From positions 79,892 to 143,891 of the forward strand of contig JAJCXO010000208.1 in NCBI GenBank assembly GCA_029263395.1: a DNA stretch of 64,000 bases. The letters run 5' to 3'. Shown in pieces: positions 29,202 to 39,830 of this stretch. This DNA is from Acidobacteriota bacterium. Its GTDB lineage: Bacteria; Acidobacteriota; Thermoanaerobaculia; Multivoradales; J023. Under the pieces are notes generated by a model. That model saw only the letters and a program-made list of their open reading frames with translations, was not told the DNA's origin and did not search any database. The translations under genes and the position numbers were made by a program. Within the stretch, counting starts at the first letter, position 1; the number at the start of each line of letters is the position of its first letter.

Positions 29202-30809
29202 ATGACTGACGTACCTTCGATGTCGAGTTCTAAGACGCATCACCACGAAGCGATTGTTTCTCCCCCAGGTGCTGCGCGGAACAAGTTTCGTTTTGGCCTC
29301 TTCGAGCTCGACGGCGGTACTGGCGAGCTCAAGAAATCTGGTCGCGTCATTCCGCTCCGTCCCCAGCCCGCCAAGGTGCTCGCCTACCTGGTTGCCCAAC
29401 CGGGGGAGCTCGTGTTGCGTCAAAATTTGAGACGCCACATTTGGGGCGATACGTTCATTGACGCGGAAGCTGGTCTCAATGCCTGCATCCGCGACATCCG
29501 GGCAGCGCTCGGCGATCGGGCAAGCGCACCGACCTACATCGAGACAGTTCCGCGGCGAGGTTATCGTTTCATCGCCCCGGTCGAGGCACCACCGGTTCCC
29601 ACGCAGGCAGCGTTGCCGAATGCACCTGACGAGCCTTCGAGTGGGATCGAGGCCAGTCGTGATGTCGGGTGGGCTCGGGGGCGCTACTGGCTGCTGGCGG
29701 CGGCTCTGATCGTGGGAGCTATTGCCCTGGCATGGATCGATGGGGCGAGCTACCGCCAGCTCCACTCGTCAGTGGAGCCGCAAGTCAGCGGCCAGGTGGT
29801 TCCGGTCGATGCGTCGACTGCATCCAACCGTCTTCCTGACGTTGCCCCGGCGGCCCACGAGGCGATCCTCGAAGCTCGCTTTCTACTCGACCGTGGCGAG
29901 CGAGGGGATGTGGACGCAGCGGTTGAACGCGCTCGGCGGGCTACAGAGTTGGCGCCGTCGTCGGGAGAAGCTTTCCTGGTTCTGGGCGATGCTCTGTTCA
30001 AGGTACAAGGACCTCCTCACGACCTGAAACCGGCTGCCAGGAATGCCTATCACCAGGCACTGAACAGCGATCCGGCGTTGGCCGACGCACATCTTGGGCT
30101 AGCGGCAGTCAGTGCGTTGTACGACTGGGATCTAGACGCAGCGTTTCGCGAGTTGGAGTTGGCCCAGCAGTTGGGCGGTGAGACATCGGATCTCCACCAG
30201 AGCTGGGCGATGTTTCACCTGCTGGCGGGCCGCACGGACGAGGCGCTCGGGCATCTCCGCCGGGCGCTACGACTGGATCCAGTGTCGGCGCGCATCCGCG
30301 GAGATATTGGCTGGATTTACGCCTTGACTGGCGACTATCAGCAGGCCGTCGAGCAATGCCAACGTGGTCTTGACCTCGAGCCCAACACCACCTGGTTACA
30401 CGGTTGTCTGGTCGAGGCTTATCGGGAGTTGGGTGATCTCGAGGCCGCCGCCGAAGCGGCGCGAGGCGAGATGAAGGCAGGAGCCGCAGATCGTGACGCT
30501 CTGGTGCAACTCGACACCGATCCAGAAAGCGCGCTCGTCGCGCTCGATCAATGGCGTTTACAACGGTTGTTGCGGGCCCGCGACGATCACTACATCCCGT
30601 CCTGCGCTATCGGAATCCGCTACGCCCAGGCAGGAGATTCCAGCCAGGCCTTGCGATATCTCGAGCTCGCCTATGAGGAGCGCTCGGCGTTCATGCCGTT
30701 CCTCTCGATCGATCGCCACCTGGCACCGTTGCACGAAGATCCCAGGTTTCGTCGGCTGGCGGATCGGGTCGCCGGGGAGATGCGGACACCGAGTGAATCG
30801 AGATCTTGA
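29202..30809 (+). CDS. CadC/ToxR-like transcriptional regulator: N-terminal OmpR/PhoB-type winged helix, single TM, periplasmic TPR repeats.
   Basis: wHTH signature ...VIPLRPQPAKVLAYLVAQPGELVLRQNLRRHIWGDTFIDAEAGLNACIRDIRAALGD...YIETVPRRGYRF. TM segment LLAAALIVGAIALAWI. The C-terminal half consists of TPR-like repeats. Confidence 0.75.
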   Translation: MTDVPSMSSSKTHHHEAIVSPPGAARNKFRFGLFELDGGTGELKKSGRVIPLRPQPAKVLAYLVAQPGELVLRQNLRRHIWGDTFIDAEAGLNACIRDIRAALGDRASAPTYIETVPRRGYRFIAPVEAPPVPTQAALPNAPDEPSSGIEASRDVGWARGRYWLLAAALIVGAIALAWIDGASYRQLHSSVEPQVSGQVVPVDASTASNRLPDVAPAAHEAILEARFLLDRGERGDVDAAVERARRATELAPSSGEAFLVLGDALFKVQGPPHDLKPAARNAYHQALNSDPALADAHLGLAAVSALYDWDLDAAFRELELAQQLGGETSDLHQSWAMFHLLAGRTDEALGHLRRALRLDPVSARIRGDIGWIYALTGDYQQAVEQCQRGLDLEPNTTWLHGCLVEAYRELGDLEAAAEAARGEMKAGAADRDALVQLDTDPESALVALDQWRLQRLLRARDDHYIPSCAIGIRYAQAGDSSQALRYLELAYEERSAFMPFLSIDRHLAPLHEDPRFRRLADRVAGEMRTPSESRS

Positions 30810-31132
30810 GGTGTAACCAATAGGGTTGGCGGACACCAAGGCGGCGAAGCGACGGCCGCCGTTGTCGGGTCTTGGAGCTTTGTCGAAGGTGAGTCGGCGG
30901 TCGTATGGAACCCAGGAGACCGGTAAGGGGTCTTCACGGCGGTCGTACGATAGTCGGGGAGATGCATCGCGAGCCGCCGGGCGGCCGTCGTCGGGATCGG
31001 GAAACTGCCGCAAACATGCGCGACAGTCGAGCAAGTTAGAAAACTTTGTTTCCTCGTCCGCGGATCGGCCGTAGTCGCGAATTATGGATTCCGTGGAAGT
31101 CTCTACGTCCGCCGTAGTCGCCGTTACGGACT

Positions 31133-31330
31133 TTGTCGACGGGCCTACGGCGGCCTCGAGATGCTGGAGCAGGCGTCCCTCGACCGCGGATGTACTCCCA
31201 CGTCGATACCTTCAGCTTTCAGGCCAGGGCCATCTACGAACGGCATGGGTATAGCGTTCTTGCCAAGTTAGAGGACTATCCACTAGGCCATCAACGGATC
31301 TATCTCGAGAAGCTGCTGTTCCGCTCGTAA
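31133..31330 (+). pseudogene. C-terminal fragment of a GNAT-family N-acetyltransferase (gene remnant).
   Basis: The 65-aa ORF ends ...HVDTFSFQARAIYERHGYSVLAKLEDYPLGHQRIYLEKLLF, which resembles GNAT C-termini. There is no intact N-terminal part in any frame of 30810-31130. Confidence 0.3.
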
Positions 31331-31482
31331 AGTCCGGCGTTCCGAGTGCAGCGGTATTCACGCCGAGGCATCTCCGCGATGCCCACATCCTCATGGATGT
31401 GGCTGAGGAGCTTGTTGTTATGCTCTTACTTGCAGAGAACCTACATTGCTTCACTTGGTCTACTGAAGTACGAAGGAGAGAT

Positions 31483-31893
31483 ATGGGCGACTCACCCTGG
31501 ATTGCGCGAGGCTTTCAACTAGCCGCCGCGAGCAACATTGTCGGCATCCTGCTGTTCTCCCTGGCTTTCACCAATCCATGGATTGGTGAAAATTCGCCGC
31601 AAGTGTTCTCGACCTTCGGCCAAGGTGCCGTCATTCTCTGGGGGTTGGCCTACTTGGCTTGCGCCAGTTGTTATCGATCTGCCAAGTGGATCGTGGCTGT
31701 TTTTGCACTGGAGAAGCTGGTCTACTTTGGTACGTGGGTGGTATGGATGATGGAACGAGGGCCGGAGCTGACGAGCCTGTTCGAAACCTCGGCGGTGACC
31801 GGTGTTTTTTTTGTCATCTATGGGCCGAATGATCTGCTGTTCGGCGTTTTCTTTGGTTGGGTTTTTTTCCGTGACAGGAGGAGCCAGTCATGA
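31483..31893 (+). CDS. Hypothetical 4-TM membrane protein (137 aa).
   Basis: ATG at 31483 preceded by AAGGAGAGAT. Its TGA stop overlaps the ATG of the next gene (ATGA). The ORF-track start at 31393 gives an unlikely leader. Confidence 0.5.
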   Translation: MGDSPWIARGFQLAAASNIVGILLFSLAFTNPWIGENSPQVFSTFGQGAVILWGLAYLACASCYRSAKWIVAVFALEKLVYFGTWVVWMMERGPELTSLFETSAVTGVFFVIYGPNDLLFGVFFGWVFFRDRRSQS

Positions 31894-33359
31894 GGCGATC
31901 GTTGCTGCCGCTTATGTCGTTATTAGGCCTGCTGACCATGACGATCAGCTCGCAGGCTTGGGCGCAACCGCCAGGAGTGGTTGCGAGTCGGCTGATGGAT
32001 CGGGCTGAGGCGATCCCTGAGCCCCGCCCGGTGGGGGCCAAAGCTGTGGTCGGCACCGACCTAGGCTTGCGACTGTTTTTCATGACCGGTGCCGACAATG
32101 CCTCTTGTGTGCGCTCGGTAGCCGATGTCACCGGTGACGGCCGTGATGAGATCGTCGTCGGTATCGACGAGTCCCAAGTCGACAACATTTTCCTGCTTGA
32201 TGGTGCGAGCTCCGGCCCGGCGACGGTGGTTTGGGCAATCGAGACCATGGATGGGGTATCGGGCGGCTCGCCTTGGGGTGATCAGTCGCTGGTACCTTCG
32301 GCTGATACTGACGGCAACGGTCGCCAGAACATTCTGCTCGGCACAGCTTGGGGTGGGCGCACTGCTTATGACTTGGACAGCTTAGATGGCTCGATTCAGT
32401 GGAGCTTCGATACCTACGATGCGTTTGAGTCGGGTTGGGTCTACTCGTTGGCTCAACTCAACGACATCACCGGCGATGGCGTGCCGGAAGCCGCCTTTGG
32501 CGTCGGCTCGGACAACAACACGCTCTACATGATCGATGGCGCCAGCGGGGTACCTGCAACGGTCCTGTGGCAATACCAGGCTGCTGACGCCGTCCTGTCA
32601 GTTTGTAATCTCGGTGACGTCAACGGTGATGGTGATCACGACGTGCTGGCGGCGATTGGAGACAATGGTTCGCAACTTGTCGCCCTCGACGGTGGTACTA
32701 CTTCGGCTAGTGGTCAGGTGTTGTGGACATACCCTGCGGCGGCGATTGTCAATGCCTGCGGCGTCTTGCCGGATATCACCGGCGATGGTGTGCAGGAGGC
32801 GTTGGCGGTGCTGTGGAGCACTGACGGTTCTGCTATTCGTTGCCTCGATGGAGCTACAGGTGAGGTCGTCTGGTCGAGTACGGCGGTCGGAGAGGCTGGC
32901 ATGATGGTTGACCTCCTGGAGGACGTCACTGAGGACGGCATCCCGGAGATTATCGTCGGCTCGTTCGAGAACGCTGTCATTGTGCTCGACGGTGCGGACG
33001 GCACCCTACACTGGAGAACCACCGTGGGTACCCTCAATGGTGGTGATGTCTGGACAGTACGAGCCATCGACGACCTCAACGGCGATGGTAACCAAGACGT
33101 TGTCGCTGGCTCCTTCGACTACCACGTCTACGCTATGGATGGCGACGATGGGCAAGTGCTCTGGGCGTATGAAACCGGCAACCGTGTGTTTAGCGTTTAC
33201 CCGGCCGGAGACCTCAATGGCGATAGTCTGCCTGAAGTTGTCGTCGGCACCCAAGACACCAATACCAACGTCGTGGTCCACGTCCTCAGTGGTGGCGGTA
33301 TCATGGCAATCTTTTCCGACGGATTCGAGAGCGGCGATCTCTCGATGTGGTCGAATTAG
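31890..33359 (+). CDS. Secreted FG-GAP / beta-propeller repeat protein.
   Basis: Signal peptide MRRSLLPLMSLLGLLTMTISSQAWA. Repeated D-x-[ND]-G-D-G calcium-binding loops (DVTGDGRDE, DTDGNGRQN, DITGDGVPE, DVNGDGDHD, DITGDGVQE, DLNGDGNQD, DLNGDSLPE) are typical of FG-GAP. Confidence 0.7.
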   Translation: MRRSLLPLMSLLGLLTMTISSQAWAQPPGVVASRLMDRAEAIPEPRPVGAKAVVGTDLGLRLFFMTGADNASCVRSVADVTGDGRDEIVVGIDESQVDNIFLLDGASSGPATVVWAIETMDGVSGGSPWGDQSLVPSADTDGNGRQNILLGTAWGGRTAYDLDSLDGSIQWSFDTYDAFESGWVYSLAQLNDITGDGVPEAAFGVGSDNNTLYMIDGASGVPATVLWQYQAADAVLSVCNLGDVNGDGDHDVLAAIGDNGSQLVALDGGTTSASGQVLWTYPAAAIVNACGVLPDITGDGVQEALAVLWSTDGSAIRCLDGATGEVVWSSTAVGEAGMMVDLLEDVTEDGIPEIIVGSFENAVIVLDGADGTLHWRTTVGTLNGGDVWTVRAIDDLNGDGNQDVVAGSFDYHVYAMDGDDGQVLWAYETGNRVFSVYPAGDLNGDSLPEVVVGTQDTNTNVVVHVLSGGGIMAIFSDGFESGDLSMWSN

Positions 33360-33389
33360 TGGTGTGGTGTTCGAGGATTCGAAGCGGCC

Positions 33390-35861
33390 CTACTCGTGAC
33401 GCAGTGCCACCAGAGGATCAACCGACGCCGCCCGCCGTGCTGGCAGGTAGCTCGCGATCAGAGTAACGGCGAAGAGCAAGAGGGACACGGTCACAAAGGT
33501 CAGTGGATCGGTGGCGCCGACGCCAAATAGCGAAGCTTCTAGCAGGCGCGTCGCTGCCAGAGAGCCGACGAAGCCGACCGCGATCCCGGCGACCGCAACA
33601 CCGAGCCCTTGACGTACCACCATGCGGCTGACCGCGCCGCGACCGGCACCGAGCGCCATCCGCACGCCAATCTCCTGGGTGCGTTGATTGACGACGTACG
33701 AGATCACGCTGTAGAGGCCAATCGTACCGAGCAGCAGTGCCACCATGGCGGCGATGACCAGCAAGATCATGGTGAAGCCAGCGCGGGCGCTGTCGTCAGC
33801 GACAATTTCGTCCATGGTGCGGACATTGGCGACGGGGAGATTCGGGTCGGCCTGCCAGATGGCTGACCGCACCGCTCCGGCGAGGGTTTCCGGGGGCACC
33901 TTGGTGCGCACGGTGAAACTCATGGTCTGGGCCGCGGTAGCTCCAGCGTCGGCGTCTGCGGTCGGCGACGGTGGACTGACCATCGGAAAGTAGATCGCTT
34001 CGGTTGGGTCTTCAGCTAGCCCCTCATCGTGAATGCTGCCGACGACCCCGACGATGGTGTACCAGTCTTCCTGTTCGGCAAGGCCATTTGCCAGTCGCCG
34101 GCCCATCGGGCTGGTGTCGCCCCACAACTGGGTGGCAAGAGCTTGGCTGATCAGGACGACCCGCTTGGCTTCTTGGTGATCAGCGGGTTCGAAGACTCGG
34201 CCGGCGACGAGGGGAATGTTCAGAGTTTCGAAGTAGCCCGGGGCAGTTCGACGGGTGGCGATGATCCGCGGTACCTCGTCGGGCTCGAGCGGGAAATCTT
34301 CGAAGGCGTAACCGCTATTGGAGCCGCCAGCAGCCATCGGCAGCCGAGTCACGGCACCTGCGGTTTCAACGCCAGGAAGTGCCTGGATCCGTTCGATGGC
34401 CTGGTGCACAAAACGGGCTCGCTCTTCGGCCTCGGGGTATTGTGTTGCAGGCAACGACAAACGCAAGGTTAGTACGTTGGCGGGATCGAATCCCGGGTCG
34501 ACATTCCTCAGAGCGAGGAAACTGCGGACCATCAGACCCGAGCCGGTCAACAGGATCAGAGCCAAGGCGATTTGGCCTGCCACCAACGTGTTGCTGGCGC
34601 GTTGCTGGGCCCGTCCAGCGGTGGTTCTGAGGCTGCCGTCCTTGAGCGCTGTTCCCAAGTTGGGGGCGCGACGCAGCGCCGGCATGGCGCCGAACAACAG
34701 GCCGGCGAACAGGGAAATAGCCGCGGTGAAAGCCAACACTCCGCCATCGATACCGATGTTTTCGAGTCGTGGTACCGTCCCAGGGCCGAGGCTGGTGAGG
34801 ACGCGTACGCCGGCAGCGGCCAGCGCCAAGCCGATGAAGCCTCCAGCGAGCCCGAGCAAGGCACTCTCGACGAGGAAAGCGCCAGCGATATCGCTTCGTT
34901 GAGCGCCCAGGGCGGACCGAATGGCAACTTCCCGCTGCCGCTTCTCGGCCCGCACCAAGAACAGATTGGCGACATTGGCACAGGCGATCAGCAGGATGAA
35001 GCCGACGCTGCCCAATAACACCCACAACACGCGACCAACATCACCGACCACGTCATCGCGCAGTGGATGTACCAGGGCAGCAAGCCCGACGCCTTCGATC
35101 ATGCCCGCTGTGATCTCTTCGCTCGGGAACAGCTCCGGTAGCCGATGTACCAAGGTGGAGAGTTCTGCGGCCGCATCTTGAGGCGTCTTCCCCGGCTTCA
35201 GGCGGGCGATGCCGACATAACTGAAATTGCCGACGTTGGTCGCTTCGGGATCGATCGCCATGGGTTCCCACAACAGCGTGTCGACGGCGGGAAAGCGAAA
35301 GCCAGCTGGCATGACACCGACGACCGTTCGCGCCACGCCGTCGATCTCGATCGTCTGGCCGAGGATCGTGTCTTCACCGCCGAAGCGACTGGCGTGGAAC
35401 TCGTGGCTGATCACCACCACAGGTTCAGCCCCGGGCTTTTCGTCTGCCTCGGTGAAGTCCCTACCCATCGCCGGTGCGACGCCGAGTGTCGGAAACAGAG
35501 AGGCTGTCACCGCTGCCGCTGGCAGCTGTTCGGGGCGCTCGATGCCGGTGAAGTTGAGGGTCCCTTGATCGTAAAGCGCAAGATCCTCGAACACCCGATT
35601 GTGTTGCCGGTAAAGCAGATAGGTGGCGTCAGACTGTTCGAATTGGGGCAGTTCGATTCCCGGTGCGGTATGCCACACACCCACCAACCGCTCCGGCTCG
35701 GGATACGGCAGCGGTTCGAGCAACACCCCGTTGACCACACTGAAAATAGCGGTGTTGGCACCGATACCAATGCCCAGCGTCAACGTCGATAGCAAGGTGA
35801 AACTGGGGCTGCGCCGCAGCTTACGAATAACCGCACGGAGTGGGCGAATGATGGAAAACAT
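33390..35861 (-). CDS. ABC-transporter permease with two FtsX domains (MacB-like 'ADOP'-type duplicated orphan permease).
   Basis: 823 aa. N-terminal TM plus large periplasmic domain plus FtsX, then a second copy. No ATPase gene is adjacent. Confidence 0.8.
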   Translation of the reverse strand: MFSIIRPLRAVIRKLRRSPSFTLLSTLTLGIGIGANTAIFSVVNGVLLEPLPYPEPERLVGVWHTAPGIELPQFEQSDATYLLYRQHNRVFEDLALYDQGTLNFTGIERPEQLPAAAVTASLFPTLGVAPAMGRDFTEADEKPGAEPVVVISHEFHASRFGGEDTILGQTIEIDGVARTVVGVMPAGFRFPAVDTLLWEPMAIDPEATNVGNFSYVGIARLKPGKTPQDAAAELSTLVHRLPELFPSEEITAGMIEGVGLAALVHPLRDDVVGDVGRVLWVLLGSVGFILLIACANVANLFLVRAEKRQREVAIRSALGAQRSDIAGAFLVESALLGLAGGFIGLALAAAGVRVLTSLGPGTVPRLENIGIDGGVLAFTAAISLFAGLLFGAMPALRRAPNLGTALKDGSLRTTAGRAQQRASNTLVAGQIALALILLTGSGLMVRSFLALRNVDPGFDPANVLTLRLSLPATQYPEAEERARFVHQAIERIQALPGVETAGAVTRLPMAAGGSNSGYAFEDFPLEPDEVPRIIATRRTAPGYFETLNIPLVAGRVFEPADHQEAKRVVLISQALATQLWGDTSPMGRRLANGLAEQEDWYTIVGVVGSIHDEGLAEDPTEAIYFPMVSPPSPTADADAGATAAQTMSFTVRTKVPPETLAGAVRSAIWQADPNLPVANVRTMDEIVADDSARAGFTMILLVIAAMVALLLGTIGLYSVISYVVNQRTQEIGVRMALGAGRGAVSRMVVRQGLGVAVAGIAVGFVGSLAATRLLEASLFGVGATDPLTFVTVSLLLFAVTLIASYLPARRAASVDPLVALRHE

Positions 35862-35944
35862 GGGGCCTCCAGGTTGGGCAGACGTCGCTCAGTATCTTCT
35901 TCTCAAGGAACGCTGGAGGGTTGGAATTGTTACAGTTGGCACAG

Positions 35945-36035
35945 CAAGCCACCGCTCGGTCGCCTCGCCGAGCCAAGCACTACCGCTCGGTCGCCTCGCC
36001 GAGCCAAGCACTACTGCTCGGTCGCCTCGCCGAGC
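35945..36035. repeat. Array of three tandem 31-bp units (caagcacta ccgctcggtcgcctcgccgagc), each forming a GC hairpin (GCTCGG-loop-CCGAGC).
   Basis: Read directly. It lies between the Hsp70 stop (36080) and the permease start (35861). ORFs 35874..36146 and 35921..36259 are translations of this repeat. Confidence 0.7.
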
Positions 36036-36079
36036 CAAACATCAACCGAGAGAGCTATTTGGACGCTCTCTCGAGGGCG

Positions 36080-37816
36080 TCACCGGAAACTCTCGACCAG
36101 GCCGGCCAGCTCGGAGCGCGTCACCTCGATGAGCTCTGCGTCCTGAAGCTCGATTGCCGAGCGGAAGGCGGCGATGGCTCTGGCGAGCACCTGTCTCGGA
36201 GGGCCAAGGATCTCGACATGGAGCGCTTCGGCACGAGCGAGAGCGGTGGTGTTGGGTAGGGCGTCCCGTGGGTGAAATTTGAGGCCAGCCATAGCGGACC
36301 GAGCCTGTTCGAGCTCGGCGGCGCTCAAGCGGCCAGCAGATTGCTCGAGCACAAGATCTTGCTTCAGGCAAGTCGACAAGACGATCACTTCGACTTCGAG
36401 CACGCCGTTGAGGTCGTAGGTGAAGCGCACTTCGATGGTTTCTTCTCCCGCCGGCCGCGGTGGGATGTCGCTGATCGTCAGGCTGCCGATCAGCAAGTTA
36501 CGATCGCAGGTGGCGTGTTCGCCCTGGTAGATCTTGAGCTCAATCACGGTTTGGCGATTCTCGACCGTGCTGTAGGTGTGTACGCGGCTTGCCGGGATGA
36601 CCGTGCCGCGTTCGAGGATTGGTGAAAACAGGCCGGCGATCGCCTGGGCGCCGATCATCGAGACGGTTTCGACGCCGAGGGTAAAGGGGGCAACGTCGGT
36701 GACAATCAGGTCGTCGAGCGCTGCATCCCCAGCCTTGAGAGCTGCTTGTAGGGCGGCCCCCAGAGCCACGACTTCGTCCACCGAGTGGTCGCTCGCTGGA
36801 GTACGACCGAAGATCTCTTCTGCCAGCGCGGTGAAACACGGCATGCGCGAGGCGCCACCAACCGCCAACACTTCGTCGACGTCCGACGGATTGAGCTCGG
36901 CATCGCGCAGGGCGCGCCGAATCGGTCCGCGAATCCGTTCCAGAATCGGCTGCCAGAGTGCCTCGGCTTCTTGCCGGCTAATCTCGAGGTCAACGTCACG
37001 GCGCCGCCCCTCCGAGAGCTTGAGGCCGTTCACCGTGATCCGGCCTTGGCCATCACGACTGAGGGTTTTCTTAGCCGTCTCACAGGCCGCTAGGACCCGC
37101 GCCCAGGCATCACTGGCGGGTTCGAGCGTGCAATGATGTTGTTCCTGCAGATGACGTGCGAACCGTTCCGCCAGAGCCTGAGTGAAGTCCTCGCCGCCCA
37201 GGCGGCTGTCGCCAGCACTCGACTGGATCTCGATCACCTCTTCGATAATTTCGAGCACCGTCACGTCGAAGGTGCCGCCACCCAGGTCGAGCACAACCAC
37301 TTGTTGCTCGCGTTCCAGCTGATGTAAACCGAAAGCGATGGCGGCGGCGGTGGGCTCGTTGATCAAACGCTCAACATGCAACCCCGCCAGTTCTGCTGCC
37401 TGGTGGGTTGCCCGGCGCTGTAGATCATTGAAGTAGGCCGGTACGCTGATCACCGCCTCGTCTGGCGCTCGTCCGAGAGCTGCTTCAGCATCGTCTTTGA
37501 GGCCGCGCAGCACACAGGCCGAAAGTTCGATCGGCGTCAGTGTCCGGTCTCCGATCGAATAGGTTTTGCTGCTGCCCATGTCCCGCTTGAACGCGGTCAC
37601 TGTCTCGCTGGCGGCGACGGTGGTGCGAGCGAGCGCTGCAGCACCGGTGACCACCGCATCGCCGTCGATCGCAACCACACTCGGCGTCAAGACCTCACCG
37701 ACGGCGTTGCGCAAGACCCGCGGTCGTCCATTCTCGACCACTGCCACCAGCGAATGGGTGGTGCCGAGATCCATTCCGACCACCAAGTGACCGTGAGCTT
37801 GGTCCTGATCACGCAT
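36080..37816 (-). CDS. Non-canonical Hsp70-family chaperone (HscC-like, 578 aa).
   Basis: The actin-like ATPase motifs [10 protein letters not shown] and [10 protein letters not shown] are present, and the protein is shorter than DnaK. Confidence 0.8.
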   Translation of the reverse strand: MRDQDQAHGHLVVGMDLGTTHSLVAVVENGRPRVLRNAVGEVLTPSVVAIDGDAVVTGAAALARTTVAASETVTAFKRDMGSSKTYSIGDRTLTPIELSACVLRGLKDDAEAALGRAPDEAVISVPAYFNDLQRRATHQAAELAGLHVERLINEPTAAAIAFGLHQLEREQQVVVLDLGGGTFDVTVLEIIEEVIEIQSSAGDSRLGGEDFTQALAERFARHLQEQHHCTLEPASDAWARVLAACETAKKTLSRDGQGRITVNGLKLSEGRRRDVDLEISRQEAEALWQPILERIRGPIRRALRDAELNPSDVDEVLAVGGASRMPCFTALAEEIFGRTPASDHSVDEVVALGAALQAALKAGDAALDDLIVTDVAPFTLGVETVSMIGAQAIAGLFSPILERGTVIPASRVHTYSTVENRQTVIELKIYQGEHATCDRNLLIGSLTISDIPPRPAGEETIEVRFTYDLNGVLEVEVIVLSTCLKQDLVLEQSAGRLSAAELEQARSAMAGLKFHPRDALPNTTALARAEALHVEILGPPRQVLARAIAAFRSAIELQDAELIEVTRSELAGLVESFR

Positions 37817-37836
37817 AGAAGATGCCGTTGGGCAGG

Positions 37837-39807
37837 TTAGCGACTGGTTCCGCAGGTTGACTCCAGCACATCGTAAATTTCCTCGACCACTCGCCGGACC
37901 GGATGTTGTGGGTTATCGCTGTCGAGTAAACGGTTGAGCGCGACGAAGGCGCCTCGGCCGCTGATGCAATTGTTTTCTTCGACATGGTTGATCGTCTGAT
38001 ACGCGCGAAAGCAGACCTTGAGCTCAGGCCAAGTCTCAGGATCCTGGCAAAAGTCGATAGTCTGCGGAACCTGTTGTGGGACAGTCTGGCGCCGAGGCTG
38101 GATCAGCAAGCGACAGCGATTCTTCCATAGATCGTGGATCTCTTCAGTACCCTGTCGCAGGAGATCGGCGCGGTCAGAAAGAGTTGAGTTCGAGGGTATT
38201 GTGAGATCTGGCACCAGCGAGAGCTCTCCTGGTGATTGAATTCCACCGATCTGGCCGAGCTGAACCAGCACTTGGTCAACTTTGGTGTGCAAGTCATCGA
38301 CGAGTCTGAAAGCAGATGAACAGCTGCCGGTGTCGAGCTGGGAGATGATCACCCGGGCCAATCGGCAGGGAGGATGGTCGCGCGGATCGACATCGTTGCA
38401 ATATTCGCCGAGGACTGAAACCTCAGTGGGAAACTCGACGACAGGGGTCTCATAGTGGTGGAACTTTGCTGTGTTGGTGGATTGGCACCCTCGTGTTCCG
38501 ATGATCGCAAAGACGGCCAGCAATAAATACCAGAGCAGCTGAAAACCACCTGACGAGGTCTGATGTGTCTTCTCACCGGAGGTGTGCCTGGTCGACAGTG
38601 GACCACTCAGAATACTCTGGTAGAGATGGTGGAGCATCGGCGCCATAGCCAACATATTGGCGGCATCAAGGGCCAGCTGGGGATGTGCGATGGTGTATTC
38701 GTGCAGGCTGTCCGAAATCTCGGGGAGCTCACCCTGTAACAAGCCCGTGGCGATGGCAGCACGGACCTGCTGCGGAAAGTGACGGGGCAGCTGGCGCAGC
38801 TCGCTAAACATCTGCCAAGCGATTGCGGCTTCAGCATCCAGCACTTTGTAGCTGCCGTGGAGGTTCAGCCAGGCCTCGAGCCGATTCGCGAGCGCGTCGG
38901 CCGGATCCAACGCCCGGCTGATGGTGAGCTCGAGAAGGATGCCAACAACCGCTTTTGCCGGCAGCCAGCCATCCACTGTCTCCGCCATCTCGAAGACCCG
39001 CTGTGTGGTCTGGCAGGCTTGCTCTATCTGACCTCGTCGGATTTGTTCCGAAGCCGCCAACAACATGGTCTCCGGATCTTGGGACTCTGCGGCAGCCGCA
39101 ACTTCGTCGTTAGTGAGGTTGGGAGCATACTGACGCAGCAGAAAGTCTAGACACACTTCCGAGCCGCGGTCCACTGCGGTCCGCAAGGCGGCCTGCGCCT
39201 CTTCATGGAGGTCTGCGCGCGCCGCGAACATCGCCAGCAATCGGTACGCTTCGAGATGCTCCGGCAGCTCTTGGACCGCTTGCCGGGCGATTTCGACGTA
39301 CTCGTCGTCGTCCTCGGACTCCCGGAGTCGTTTCAAGAACGGCTCGAGAGGGTCGACGGGCTCCATGACCTCGTCGGTGAATACATTGTCTTGTGGTGGA
39401 GCAGTGTCTTGTGGTGGAGCAGTGTCTTGTGGTGGGGCAGTGTCTTGTGGTGGAGCAGTGTCGTCAGGTGACGCACTCTCCAGGTCGATCCCGGTCGATG
39501 GATCGTCAAGTGACGCCCCGGACTCTTGTTCTTCCCCGGTATCGCCAACGTTGGCCTCGGACAGCTCGACTCCGACCGCATGGCCATTGATCACCAGGGT
39601 CGGTTTGCCTTCGATCGATACCACCCGGGCCGATTGTGTTTCAGCGATCGTTCGGGCAGTTTCGTAGGCCTCCCGTAGACGTTGGAAGCCTGCCGGGTCG
39701 CGGTCCGGCTTGTGGTGCTTGAGTAGGCGCAGATACGCCCGGCGCGCTTCTTTTGCGCTGCAGTCCGGCTTGACGCCGAGGAGCTCGAAGGTCTCTAGAA
39801 AATCCAC
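37837..39807 (-). CDS. J-domain co-chaperone-like membrane protein (DjlC-like). N-terminal J domain with HPD, a (DTAPPQ)4 repeat, a helical region, one TM and a Cys-rich C-terminal domain.
   Basis: GTG start. [37 protein letters not shown]... is a J domain. TM segment [17 protein letters not shown]. It is 20 nt upstream of the Hsp70 gene in the same orientation. Contains the 18-bp x4 repeat at 39387-39458. Confidence 0.7.
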   Translation of the reverse strand: MDFLETFELLGVKPDCSAKEARRAYLRLLKHHKPDRDPAGFQRLREAYETARTIAETQSARVVSIEGKPTLVINGHAVGVELSEANVGDTGEEQESGASLDDPSTGIDLESASPDDTAPPQDTAPPQDTAPPQDTAPPQDNVFTDEVMEPVDPLEPFLKRLRESEDDDEYVEIARQAVQELPEHLEAYRLLAMFAARADLHEEAQAALRTAVDRGSEVCLDFLLRQYAPNLTNDEVAAAAESQDPETMLLAASEQIRRGQIEQACQTTQRVFEMAETVDGWLPAKAVVGILLELTISRALDPADALANRLEAWLNLHGSYKVLDAEAAIAWQMFSELRQLPRHFPQQVRAAIATGLLQGELPEISDSLHEYTIAHPQLALDAANMLAMAPMLHHLYQSILSGPLSTRHTSGEKTHQTSSGGFQLLWYLLLAVFAIIGTRGCQSTNTAKFHHYETPVVEFPTEVSVLGEYCNDVDPRDHPPCRLARVIISQLDTGSCSSAFRLVDDLHTKVDQVLVQLGQIGGIQSPGELSLVPDLTIPSNSTLSDRADLLRQGTEEIHDLWKNRCRLLIQPRRQTVPQQVPQTIDFCQDPETWPELKVCFRAYQTINHVEENNCISGRGAFVALNRLLDSDNPQHPVRRVVEEIYDVLESTCGTSR

Positions 39808-39830
39808 CGTCGCCGGAGCCTCGCCAGGCG

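Noticed and set aside
29160-29765. 201-aa ORF on the minus strand
   Set aside because: It is fully antisense to the well-supported CadC-like regulator gene (29202..30809).
30826-31074. 82-aa ORF with a low-complexity R/S/G-rich sequence
   Set aside because: It has biased composition and no ribosome-binding site. The region looks like decayed sequence between the regulator and the GNAT fragment.
35874-36259. ORFs 35874..36146(+) and 35921..36259(+), and a possible CRISPR array
   Set aside because: The ORFs simply translate the 31-bp tandem hairpin units (repeated '...PLGRLAEPSTTARSPRRAKH...'). The units are contiguous with no spacers, so this is not a CRISPR array.
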